From Candidatus Gottesmanbacteria bacterium (lineage in GTDB: Bacteria; Patescibacteriota; Microgenomatia; UBA10105; UBA927): a DNA stretch of 64,000 nt. A program made the position numbers and the translations under genes. Shown here in pieces: positions 39,349 through 47,596 of this stretch. The stretch lies in the NCBI GenBank assembly GCA_016214885.1, contig JACRMP010000037.1:7675-71674 (forward strand). The letters run 5' to 3'. The notes under the pieces were generated by a model. That model saw only the letters and a list, made by a program, of their open reading frames with translations, did no database searches and was not told the origin of the DNA. Position 1 is the stretch's first letter. Each line of letters starts with the position of its first letter.

Positions 39349-40749
39349 TTACCGTATTTTTGCGCCGACGGCCATTCCTTCTGCTGAAATAAACTGCGGC
39401 TTATTATCCACCCCGCCCGCTTCGCTGCGAGGCGAGTCCACGGCAAGGATCATCCCCTGACTTTCTTCATCCATCATTTTACGCGGCGCGAGATTGGTGA
39501 TAAAGAAAAATTGCTTCCCCGTAAAGTCGTCGGGAGTATAACCAAATCCCCGCACTCCGGTAAAAATAATCCGTTTACTATCTTCCCCCACATCTACGAC
39601 AAGCCGGATAAGCTTGTCGCTCCCCTCTTTGTTCGCCGCTTCCACTACATGCCCCACACGAATTTCAACCCGGGCAAATTCATCAATAGAAATATGTGTG
39701 CCTGAGGTAGATTTTTGGTATTCAAAAAATGAATATGTTGTTGTAACGCCGATGGCGTCCCGAACACCCTTCATCGTTTGTGTCGCAACGGAAAGTGCGC
39801 GTGCCTGACCGCTATGCAATATCTTCTTTACCAAAGTGGGGTTGTTTTTTAACTCTTCATATGCTGAGCGGGCCGGACCAAAAAATGACATGAGGCTTTT
39901 GAATAAGTACTCTTTCACTTCAACGTCTGACACCTTCCCTGCTTTATATTGCTCCTTAAGTGCTGCAACCTCAGTAGGGTGACCAAAAAACCCTAAATAG
40001 GTAAACACCATATTTCCCTCAATATGCCCCGGATCAGTTGCATGTTTCCTTGTGGGGTCAGTATATGCACCCATCACTTGTTTTCGTACCACATCTTCGG
40101 ATTCAAATATCGAAACTACATTACCTAGCGTCTTACTCATCTTCCGCTGTCCGTCAGTTCCCAGCACTACCGCCACCTCATCGGGGATAAAAGGGTCAGG
40201 CAACTTAAAAACATTTTTCTTATAAATTTTATTGAAGTATCCGGCTATGTCCCGCGTAATTTCTACATGCTGCTTCTGATCTTTTCCTACCGGCACCAAG
40301 TCCGCCTGATATAAAAGGATATCGGCTGCCATAAGCATGGGGTAACTGAACAAGCCAACATTGATATCGTCTTCCATCACGTCTTTTTGGAGTTTGTCCT
40401 TATATGCATGGGCGCGCTTAAGAAGACCCAGCGGTGTTACGTTGTTGATTATTGACTGGCATTCCGTATGCATGGGCACATCGGATTGACGGAAAAAAAT
40501 AATGTTATTAAACTCACTCTCCGTCATGAAGCCACGAAGCAGCGCTAACTCATTAAGCACCAGCGTTTCTATATTGTGCTGTAGCTTAAACTTATCCTGG
40601 ATGGTCGTTAACCCATGAAGATCCGCCACCATAAGAAATGTTTCATGGGACTTGGCCAGCTCAATAAATTGCCGGACTGCCCCAAGATAATTGCCTATAT
40701 GCAGTGATCCGTCCCCGCTTGGAGTGATACCTGATAATAATCGTTTCAT
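39349..40749 (-). CDS. trpS: Tryptophanyl-tRNA synthetase fused to a C-terminal Trbp111/EMAPII-like tRNA-binding OB domain
   Basis: HIGN, YP.LMAADIL, VG.DQ.QH.E and KMSK motifs, then ISIDEF..VEIRVG...DKL...NL.PRKM...SQGMILA. Confidence 0.93.
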   Translation of the reverse strand: MKRLLSGITPSGDGSLHIGNYLGAVRQFIELAKSHETFLMVADLHGLTTIQDKFKLQHNIETLVLNELALLRGFMTESEFNNIIFFRQSDVPMHTECQSIINNVTPLGLLKRAHAYKDKLQKDVMEDDINVGLFSYPMLMAADILLYQADLVPVGKDQKQHVEITRDIAGYFNKIYKKNVFKLPDPFIPDEVAVVLGTDGQRKMSKTLGNVVSIFESEDVVRKQVMGAYTDPTRKHATDPGHIEGNMVFTYLGFFGHPTEVAALKEQYKAGKVSDVEVKEYLFKSLMSFFGPARSAYEELKNNPTLVKKILHSGQARALSVATQTMKGVRDAIGVTTTYSFFEYQKSTSGTHISIDEFARVEIRVGHVVEAANKEGSDKLIRLVVDVGEDSKRIIFTGVRGFGYTPDDFTGKQFFFITNLAPRKMMDEESQGMILAVDSPRSEAGGVDNKPQFISAEGMAVGAKIR

Positions 40750-40788
40750 ATGTTTCCTCCTTTTGATAATAGCATTACTTAGACTTCT

Positions 40789-40819
40789 TGGCGCCCCGTC
40801 AGAAAATGACGGGGCGCCA
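40789..40819. repeat. Perfect 13-bp inverted repeat between trpB2 and trpS
   Basis: TGGCGCCCCGTCA-GAAAA-TGACGGGGCGCCA with no U-tract. Confidence 0.8.
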
Positions 40820-40832
40820 TCGGTAAAACCTA

Positions 40833-42140
40833 CTACACCATTCCTCCTTCCAAAAACTCCTCGTATGCCCCGAGATCTAACAGCCCATGCCCAGAAAGGC
40901 TGAAAAGGATGGTTTTCTTTTTTCCTTCTTCTTTGGCACGATTCGCCTCCTCAATGACCTGCCGTATGGCATGCGCCGACTCAGGCGCAGGAATGATACC
41001 TTCGGCTTGTGCAAACTTCCTGGCCGCAGCAAAAACATCCCGTTGTCCGTAGGCTGTGGCCTCCATCAATTTTTTGTAATAAAGAAAACTCACTAACGGC
41101 GAATCACCATGGTACCGGAGTCCACCGGCATGAATTGGCGAAGGAACAAACCCGCTCCCCATGGTGTACATTTTCATCAGCGGCGTCATACCTGCCGTAT
41201 CAGCTGAATCATACCGGTACTCGCCTTTTGTAAGCGATGGACATGACTCTGGTTCAACCGCCACCACCCGGAGTGCGGACGCATTACCGGAAAGTTTATC
41301 CGCCAGGAATGGAAAACTTATTCCAGCGAGATTACTCCCTCCCCCGCAACAGCCGACCACAACATCGGGATACACTCCGCCCTTCTCCATCTGCCGTTTT
41401 GCTTCCAGACCGATAATAGTCTGGTGAGTCAGCACATGATTTAACACACTACCCAATGCATAATGGGCTCCGGGAGTAGTTACGGCTACCTCAATCGCCT
41501 CCGATATGGCCATCCCCAACGACCCCATAGTGCCCGGTAACCGGGAAAGAAATGCTTTTCCTGCCTGTGTTTCCACTGACGGACTTGCGATGACATCCGC
41601 TCCGTACAGGTGCATCACCGTTTTTCTGTACGGTTTTTGTTCATACGAACCTTTCACCATGAACACCTTGCACTTCATATTAAAAAACCGGCATGCAAGC
41701 GCAAGAGCCGACCCCCACTGTCCGGCTCCTGTTTCCGTAGTAAGCAGACTCACTCCTTCTTTTTTGTTGTAATATGCCTGCGGCAGCGCGGTATTGAGCT
41801 TATGACTCCCGACAGGCGAAGCCCCCTCGTATTTAAAATAAATGCTGGCAGGCGTTCCCAATATCTTTTCCAGACGGCTTGCACGAAGGAGCGGCGACGG
41901 CCGGTACGATGCATACAGCTCCCTCACCTCATCAGGAATCGGAATTTCTTTCTCCAAAGAAACCTCCTGCTTAATAAGTTCCAGGGGAAACAACCGCAAA
42001 AGTGCCTCCGGTCCTATTGGCTTCTTCGTTTTCGGATCAAGCGGCGGCTCCGGCAGCTCTCCCAAGTACTTATTCAGATAATAGGGCAGATTCAGATATG
42101 CATCCGGCATCTCCCGCTTTTTTAATATATTTTTTTTCAT
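40833..42140 (-). CDS. trpB2: Tryptophan synthase beta chain, type 2 (TrpB2)
   Basis: GSHKLNTA, TETGAGQWG, GSLG.AISEA, LGSVLNHV, GGGSN, HAGGLRYHG, APES.H and SGHG..D motifs; no trpA in the window. Confidence 0.93.
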   Translation of the reverse strand: MKKNILKKREMPDAYLNLPYYLNKYLGELPEPPLDPKTKKPIGPEALLRLFPLELIKQEVSLEKEIPIPDEVRELYASYRPSPLLRASRLEKILGTPASIYFKYEGASPVGSHKLNTALPQAYYNKKEGVSLLTTETGAGQWGSALALACRFFNMKCKVFMVKGSYEQKPYRKTVMHLYGADVIASPSVETQAGKAFLSRLPGTMGSLGMAISEAIEVAVTTPGAHYALGSVLNHVLTHQTIIGLEAKRQMEKGGVYPDVVVGCCGGGSNLAGISFPFLADKLSGNASALRVVAVEPESCPSLTKGEYRYDSADTAGMTPLMKMYTMGSGFVPSPIHAGGLRYHGDSPLVSFLYYKKLMEATAYGQRDVFAAARKFAQAEGIIPAPESAHAIRQVIEEANRAKEEGKKKTILFSLSGHGLLDLGAYEEFLEGGMV

Positions 42141-42247
42141 ACCATATTCCTTTCGATAAATGTTTAATACAATACCCAAAAAACAGCCTTGTGCCGCCAG
42201 TATTCCCTTCCTAAGCTTTTCCAAAATAAATAAATATACATACTGTG

Positions 42248-42649
42248 TTATGTCATTAAATCTGCTACCCGTATGAACAATACGCTTCGGCCTTTACCGA
42301 TAAAATGGCGCGTTGTTTTTGATGGAAATAGCATATGTGACCTTGCCCGTCTGATAACATAATCCTTTAGCATATCCATCAATATCTCTTTTCTTCGTAA
42401 ATAGACCTTTATCCTTGCGTCCTGATACCGAACATACATAACCGGTACGCGTCTTGCCCCCATCTCCTGCAACGCCCGAACACGGTGATGACCGTCCAAA
42501 ATAACTTTCGATTTTCTATCAACAATCACCGGTCTTCGAACCGCACCCCGTCTGCGAATTTGTGCTCGCACCTCGACAATACGGGCGCGGTCTGTCCGCT
42601 CATGTGCTACAAGTTTTTGTATATCAACCAATTGTATTTTTTGATGCAT
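42248..42649 (-). CDS. ParB/Srx-fold protein, SerK/SbnI-like free-serine kinase candidate
   Basis: HE, ILDGHHR and C-terminal FPSKTTRH motifs; AGGAGG RBS before the ATG at 42649. Confidence 0.75.
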   Translation of the reverse strand: MHQKIQLVDIQKLVAHERTDRARIVEVRAQIRRRGAVRRPVIVDRKSKVILDGHHRVRALQEMGARRVPVMYVRYQDARIKVYLRRKEILMDMLKDYVIRRARSHMLFPSKTTRHFIGKGRSVLFIRVADLMT

Positions 42650-42668
42650 AATCCTCCTTATCACCCAC

Positions 42669-42940
42669 AAAAAAGCCCTTACAAATCCCCAAAGACATAC
42701 CTTGGAAATCTGCAAGGGCCTTTCCGCCTGCTGGCGGATGGCGGTGCCACCCTGCTATTTGTTATCTCAAAAAAAATGCTTCCCGAAGGAAGCACGTCAG
42801 CTGAGGATAACCTCATTCTTGACGAGCTCCGTTATATACACGACACTCGCTCCTGTCTTTTTACGGTTTCGGCTCCGTACTTGATTTAAGAGTCAGCTTT
42901 CCCCGGTTCCAACCCTCCGGATCAACGCTTTTATTAACTT
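42669..42940 (-). ncRNA. T-box riboswitch (Trp, UGG specifier) with intrinsic terminator
   Basis: T-box AGGGTGGCACCGCC (42740-42753); terminator GCCCTTGC...GTAAGGGC-T6; short stem CCGG-AGGGT[TGG]AA-CCGG; -10 TATACT at 42948-42953. Confidence 0.88.
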
Positions 42941-43002
42941 GATGACAAGTATACCATAACGGGTCAATTCTCCGCCCGCAATGACTCTGCTACAATGTTT
43001 TT

Positions 43003-43296
43003 ATGGACATCGGAAAGCTCTCGTATTACAGCCGGAAAATCCACCGGCTCAGTCTATGGTTTGTCGTCACATTAGGACTGGTGCAGATGGCCACAGGACT
43101 CGCCATGAAGTATCCTCAATGGCTGGCCTTTTTTAATCAGGAAAGTATCCGGCTTCTTCATTTTCAAACTGCATCATGGTTTGCTATTGCCTTTGGAGCA
43201 CAGTTAACAACGGGAATGGTGATGTATTTTATTCCTATGATTATAAAATACAAACAAAAAAAACGTACGACAAATCCTCCGTCACCTCAGGAATAA
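43003..43296 (+). CDS. Small membrane protein (PepSY-TM/cytochrome b-like His motifs)
   Basis: RKIHR...TG...LH...TG with two TM helices. Confidence 0.7.
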   Translation: MDIGKLSYYSRKIHRLSLWFVVTLGLVQMATGLAMKYPQWLAFFNQESIRLLHFQTASWFAIAFGAQLTTGMVMYFIPMIIKYKQKKRTTNPPSPQE

Positions 43297-44273
43297 AACC
43301 GCTTCAGTTCTTCATCGCTGGCGCCGGCGTCTGATCCAAGAAAACTCCGGCATAGACGGTACAATTTGGGGGATGTCCGGTATAAACCGATTTTAGCGCC
43401 CATCACCACCCTATCCCGCAATTTACTCGCGTTATAAAAATGAGCAGTGGCATTCTCACTAATTGCCCAGTCGCACGTCCGGCAAAGAGTGTCCACCCGC
43501 TCATCTTCTAACCCCTTTTTTACTACCATCATACCCGGGCTCGAAAAAAGTGATGCATAACTATCTTTACGGAGATTACCGATTATATGCTTCATCCCGA
43601 AATCCTGACAGCACACAAGCACATCACCTGAAGGTGTAAGAATATTACTGATTAAATGCAGCGGACACGACAGCCTGCCGCGGAGCCGTTTCACTTTCCG
43701 GCCACGGAGCATAGGATTAAGACCCGCCCGCGTGTGTATCGGCTGGTATTCAACCCCTACCTTCTGCAACACCGGTCTTAGCTTCGCGTGGACAGATTTT
43801 CCATGAAAATGAAAACTTACGTTTGGTGTCAGGTGCTGCACCGCTATCTCCATCACGCGAATTGCTGTTGGCGTTACCGGAATGCGCTCAATCATTTCAT
43901 CGGAAGATACATGGATAATGAGTTTGTCGGTGCCGTCTTCAGACAAGGAGAGCAGCTTAAAAAGCCTCACGGCTCCATCTTCGGTCAGCCGCGCTAATGT
44001 GGAATATACCGTAACCTCATGCCCTTTCTTTTTGACGTAAGCAATCATATCCAAACACCTGAGGTTCTGGAACGGCTCCGATAATCCTCCAAATCCGATG
44101 CGGACAGTCTTCGGCACCTTATCAACGCACTCCTTAAATACCTCATAGGTCATCATTAAAGGCGAATGAAGTTCACGGGACCGGAGAAGCGTTAACCGCT
44201 GGGGGCAAAACGAACAGGCATTTGAGCACCCTGCTGCAGTTGTTACTTCTAAATAAGGTTGGGTAACTGGCAT
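43287..44273 (-). CDS. Radical SAM protein with SPASM/twitch-like domain
   Basis: CSNACSFC, GGLSEP, and C-terminal C...CC.D....GN...CRTC. Confidence 0.88.
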   Translation of the reverse strand: MPVTQPYLEVTTAAGCSNACSFCPQRLTLLRSRELHSPLMMTYEVFKECVDKVPKTVRIGFGGLSEPFQNLRCLDMIAYVKKKGHEVTVYSTLARLTEDGAVRLFKLLSLSEDGTDKLIIHVSSDEMIERIPVTPTAIRVMEIAVQHLTPNVSFHFHGKSVHAKLRPVLQKVGVEYQPIHTRAGLNPMLRGRKVKRLRGRLSCPLHLISNILTPSGDVLVCCQDFGMKHIIGNLRKDSYASLFSSPGMMVVKKGLEDERVDTLCRTCDWAISENATAHFYNASKLRDRVVMGAKIGLYRTSPKLYRLCRSFLGSDAGASDEELKRFYS

Positions 44274-44357
44274 AACGGCAAGTAGTTTTATTATACAGAA
44301 GGAGCTTCGTTACCAGAAGAAGTAAACAGCGATACGATAACACCAACACAAATTGTG

Positions 44358-44427
44358 TTGCGGGGCCGGGAATCGCACCCGGCCTAGGAGATTATGAGCC
44401 TCCTGTGCAACTTTACACTACCCCGCG
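44358..44427 (-). tRNA. Initiator-type tRNA-Met(CAT), non-canonical
   Basis: CGCGGGG/CCCCGCA acceptor with C1:A72 mismatch; anticodon loop CTCATAA. Confidence 0.88.
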
Positions 44428-44498
44428 GTTTTTAATTCACCAAACGGCTTAAGTATATCAGAATAAGCGCTTAGCCTCAAGCTGAGTATAATACGTCT

Positions 44499-44771
44499 AT
44501 GTGGTTTATTTATATTATTCTTTGCCGCGGCGATAGCCTATATACCGGAGTCACCAATAACCTTAATAAGCGCATGGAAACGCACCGTAAAGGGAACGGT
44601 GGCGCATACACTAAATCCCATATACCAATCCGCATTGTATACAGTGAACGTGTTCTGACCAAATCTGAGGCGCTGAAGCGAGAATATGAAATTAAGTCGT
44701 GGTCACGTAAAAAGAAGATAAACACGCTTCATCTGTCCATAAATACATCACCCGGAGGTTCCTCCGGGTGA
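44499..44771 (+). CDS. GIY-YIG nuclease family protein
   Basis: FIYII...LYTG.T....R...H...G..YT...A.KRE..IK. Confidence 0.88.
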   Translation: MWFIYIILCRGDSLYTGVTNNLNKRMETHRKGNGGAYTKSHIPIRIVYSERVLTKSEALKREYEIKSWSRKKKINTLHLSINTSPGGSSG

Positions 44772-44795
44772 TGTATTGTTATACGCGTGTAACAC

Positions 44796-45239
44796 TTACC
44801 AATCTCTTCCTCCGCGGTCATCACCACGGTTGTCGCGCCGGTCAAAACCACCGCCACGTCCACCGCGATCGTCTCGTCTTCCTCCTCCGAATCCTCCCCG
44901 TCCTCCTCCGCCACCTCGTCCTCCGCTGAATCCTCCACCGCCACCACCGCGATATCCGCCACCACCGCCACCACCGCGGTTTTCGCGGGGAGCCATTGGT
45001 TTAGCTTCATTTACCACGATTGATCTGCCGTCGAGTTGTGTTCCGTTCAAATCCTGGATAGCTTTCTGTGCGTCATCAGGATTTGTCATTTCGACAAAAC
45101 CAAATCCTCTGGATTTACCCGTAAACTTATCGGTGATAACCTGTGCACTTGCTACCGGTCCAACTTGCGCAAAATGATTGCGAAGTGTGTCTTCTGTCGT
45201 ATCCCAACTTAATCCTCCAACAAATAACTTAGCTGCCAT
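44796..45239 (-). CDS. RRM RNA-binding protein with Gly/Arg-rich tail
   Basis: RNP2 LFVGGL and RNP1 RGFGFVEM; AGGAGG RBS. Confidence 0.93.
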   Translation of the reverse strand: MAAKLFVGGLSWDTTEDTLRNHFAQVGPVASAQVITDKFTGKSRGFGFVEMTNPDDAQKAIQDLNGTQLDGRSIVVNEAKPMAPRENRGGGGGGGYRGGGGGGFSGGRGGGGGRGGFGGGRRDDRGGRGGGFDRRDNRGDDRGGRDW

Positions 45240-45379
45240 AAAAAAATTCACCTCCTTAAGGTATCCCCATCTATCGCGTACCTATCCTACTAAAGCAACA
45301 GAATACGAACAGAAAGGTTAGATGGAGTCATTATACCATTTGACCCGTCGGAAAGGTTCACCTACACTAAACTCAGCCT

Positions 45380-45952
45380 ATGAAACCACATCGATCAGCC
45401 GCGTTATTTTCTTATATCCCCGCATTCATTGTCTTTTTGTTTTTTAACGTTATAGTACTCGACGGCATATTGGTATGGAAATTGCTTCATACCGGCAATG
45501 TTCTCGGTACAACGACTGCCGATACATGCCCCGCCGCCTGTATTACCCGCATAAATCAAGTCGCAGGCAAAACAACAACCACTAGCGGTGTAAAGGAATA
45601 CTTTGTCCCGCTGGGATCGGGTACCAGTGCAGCAAGTGATTGGGCAGATGTAGCCGGAGCCAGCGCATATGTAGATACTTCATCCTATGGAAAAATGAAA
45701 AAAGTCACTTTCGAAGCGACTATCTCCCAACCGGTAAGCAGTCAGAAGGTGTGGATCAGACTCTTTAACGCGACGGATAAACATCCGGTATGGTATTCGG
45801 AAGTCGTAACCGACAGCGCAGGACCCATCCTTCTTATCTCATCCCCTATCACCCTCGACACGGGCAATAAGCTCTATCAGGTGCAAATGAAAACCCAGCT
45901 AAACGGGGTCACAAGCCTCAGCCAGTCGCGAATTCACATTACAACGCACTAA
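45380..45952 (+). CDS. Hypothetical membrane-anchored/exported protein
   Basis: N-terminal TM helix, VLG, CPAAC, then a beta-rich domain. Confidence 0.75.
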   Translation: MKPHRSAALFSYIPAFIVFLFFNVIVLDGILVWKLLHTGNVLGTTTADTCPAACITRINQVAGKTTTTSGVKEYFVPLGSGTSAASDWADVAGASAYVDTSSYGKMKKVTFEATISQPVSSQKVWIRLFNATDKHPVWYSEVVTDSAGPILLISSPITLDTGNKLYQVQMKTQLNGVTSLSQSRIHITTH

Positions 45953-45997
45953 TCCCGTTGTTTTCCCCCCTCAATCTGGTAAAATACGATGACTTAC

Positions 45998-46069
45998 GCC
46001 AGCGTAGCTCAGTGGTAGAGCAGTGTCTTCATAAGGCATTTGTCGCAGGTCCGATCCCTGCCGCTGGCA
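45998..46069 (+). tRNA. tRNA with CAT anticodon (elongator Met, or Ile2)
   Basis: GCCAGCG...GTGTC-TTCATAA-GGCAT...GCAGG-TCCGATC-CCTGC-CGCTGGC-A. Confidence 0.9.
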
Positions 46070-46075
46070 CCCGTA

Positions 46076-46426
46076 CTAAAAGAACAGGCTCCACCATTTT
46101 TTCCAGTTGGGTATATTTTTTTCCTCCCCGGATTCTCTCCCCTGAACGGCACCCTCAGGGAGCATAACGATGGTCTCCCCTTCTTTAATCATGCCCAGCT
46201 GATCTCTCGCCACACGCTCAACGTACGCATCGCTCCCCATATCTTTAAGCTTATCCTGTAAGGTATTATTTTCTGCCTGAATTTTAGCAAGTTCCCGCTT
46301 GCGGACATCCACAACATCCCTCCGCTGCCAGAGTTCTACTATCGTACGGCCGGCGGATATGGCCAACCCGAGGCTAATTAAAGCTACGGCAATCCGGATA
46401 GTATGGATAGGTGAACGCATCATCAT
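46076..46426 (-). CDS. Septum formation initiator (FtsB/DivIC family)
   Basis: TM helix, coiled coil and YVERVARDQLGMIKEGE. Confidence 0.85.
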   Translation of the reverse strand: MMMRSPIHTIRIAVALISLGLAISAGRTIVELWQRRDVVDVRKRELAKIQAENNTLQDKLKDMGSDAYVERVARDQLGMIKEGETIVMLPEGAVQGRESGEEKNIPNWKKWWSLFF

Positions 46427-46535
46427 ATTGTGTTTAGGTCTAGTATATGATATTATAGGCTTCTAGTAACAGGTTCCATACCCAAGCTCTTTTCTGCCTC
46501 AATTGAACTGTGTATGACACCCTGGATCACCTACC

Positions 46536-47396
46536 ATGACACTCGACCTGAAAACAGCTCATAAACAATTTGTGGAGTACCTCACCTCGAGGCGGCGTGC
46601 TCATGCTACCATCGTAGCATACAGCAAAGACATCGAGCAGCTTGTAGCATTTTTGGGAAATACCGGTAAAAAAGACATTACTACGATCACCAAGGAAGAA
46701 CTAGAAGCCTTTCTCAAGAAGCTTGCCGTCGACAGCTATACCCCGAAGTCCGTTTCACGGAAAATAAACTCTATGAAGACATTTTACCGCTTCCTCAAAA
46801 CAAGCGGCAGCATAACGGTAGATCCTGCAACTGACATAGAACACCCGAAATATGACGTCAAGCCGCCGCGCATTCTTTCCAAACTTGAATACCGTGCGTT
46901 ACGTGACGCGTGCCGCGGCGACATACGGACACATGCCATCGTAGAACTGTTTCTGCAAACAGGCCTCCGCATTGGTGAACTCGCTAATCTTGGGATTGCT
47001 GACGTTAAAGACACAGAGCTTCATATTGCAGCCCAAGAAGGCCACGAAGAACGCATGGTGCCACTCAACCGTGCCGCCAAAGAAGCACTCGACAGCTGGC
47101 TTAAAGTGCGAAGTAGCGAAGCTAAGTCACCTTCGCTGTTTATCACAAAAACCGGCCGACCCCTTTTAATCAGAAACATCCGCACTGCCATAGACCGGTA
47201 CTTTAAGGTGGCGGGTATTGAAGATGCAAAAGTGAATGACCTCAGGCACACATTTATCGCCCATCACCTCATGGCAGGAACAGCAATCACCACGATAAGC
47301 AAACTTGTCGGCCACAAGCGTCTTTCTACCACAGAAAAATACCTGGAGTTCATAACCGACAAACACGTCGAACACGTCAAGTTGGACGAGCTCTAA
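46536..47396 (+). CDS. Tyrosine recombinase, XerC/XerD-like
   Basis: SAM-like N-terminal domain; TGLRIGE, DLRH, LVGH and T..Y motifs. Confidence 0.88.
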   Translation: MTLDLKTAHKQFVEYLTSRRRAHATIVAYSKDIEQLVAFLGNTGKKDITTITKEELEAFLKKLAVDSYTPKSVSRKINSMKTFYRFLKTSGSITVDPATDIEHPKYDVKPPRILSKLEYRALRDACRGDIRTHAIVELFLQTGLRIGELANLGIADVKDTELHIAAQEGHEERMVPLNRAAKEALDSWLKVRSSEAKSPSLFITKTGRPLLIRNIRTAIDRYFKVAGIEDAKVNDLRHTFIAHHLMAGTAITTISKLVGHKRLSTTEKYLEFITDKHVEHVKLDEL

Positions 47397-47417
47397 AAAG
47401 AGAGGTATACTATACGA

Positions 47418-47596
47418 AAGGCGATTGAGTCTGACCAGTCATCAGACGAGCTTCCTGATCAACATCTTTGAAAAGACTAATAATCAGGACGGGTTTGCCC
47501 GTAACCGCTATAAGTAAGAAGCAAGTAAGGTGGTACCACGAATTAGCGTTTTTGCTGACTCGTCCTTATAATCATATATAAGCGACGGGTTTTTTT
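47418..47596 (+). ncRNA. T-box riboswitch (Val, GUC specifier) with intrinsic terminator
   Basis: T-box AAGGTGGTACCACG (47527-47540) pairing with CGTCCTT; terminator ending GCGACGGG-T7; short stem GTCTGA-CCA[GTC]A-TCAGAC. Confidence 0.9.

Noticed and set aside
42248-42649. ParB-like gene as a chromosome-partition protein
   Set aside because: No HTH or dimerisation domain and no parA; the motifs and T-box context fit the SerK/SbnI branch better.
43287-44273. Radical SAM protein as the missing EpmB
   Set aside because: It lacks lysine-aminomutase features (PLP-lysine region) and has a SPASM-like C-terminus.
44729-45177. Pro-rich ORF 44776-45177 (+) and acidic ORF 44729-45010 (-)
   Set aside because: These are antisense and alternate-frame shadows of the Gly/Arg-rich tail of the RRM protein.
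46536-47396. Tyrosine recombinase as a mobile-element integrase near a tRNA
   Set aside because: It is Xer-sized, flanked by housekeeping genes (ftsB-like, valS), and has no cargo or att duplication.
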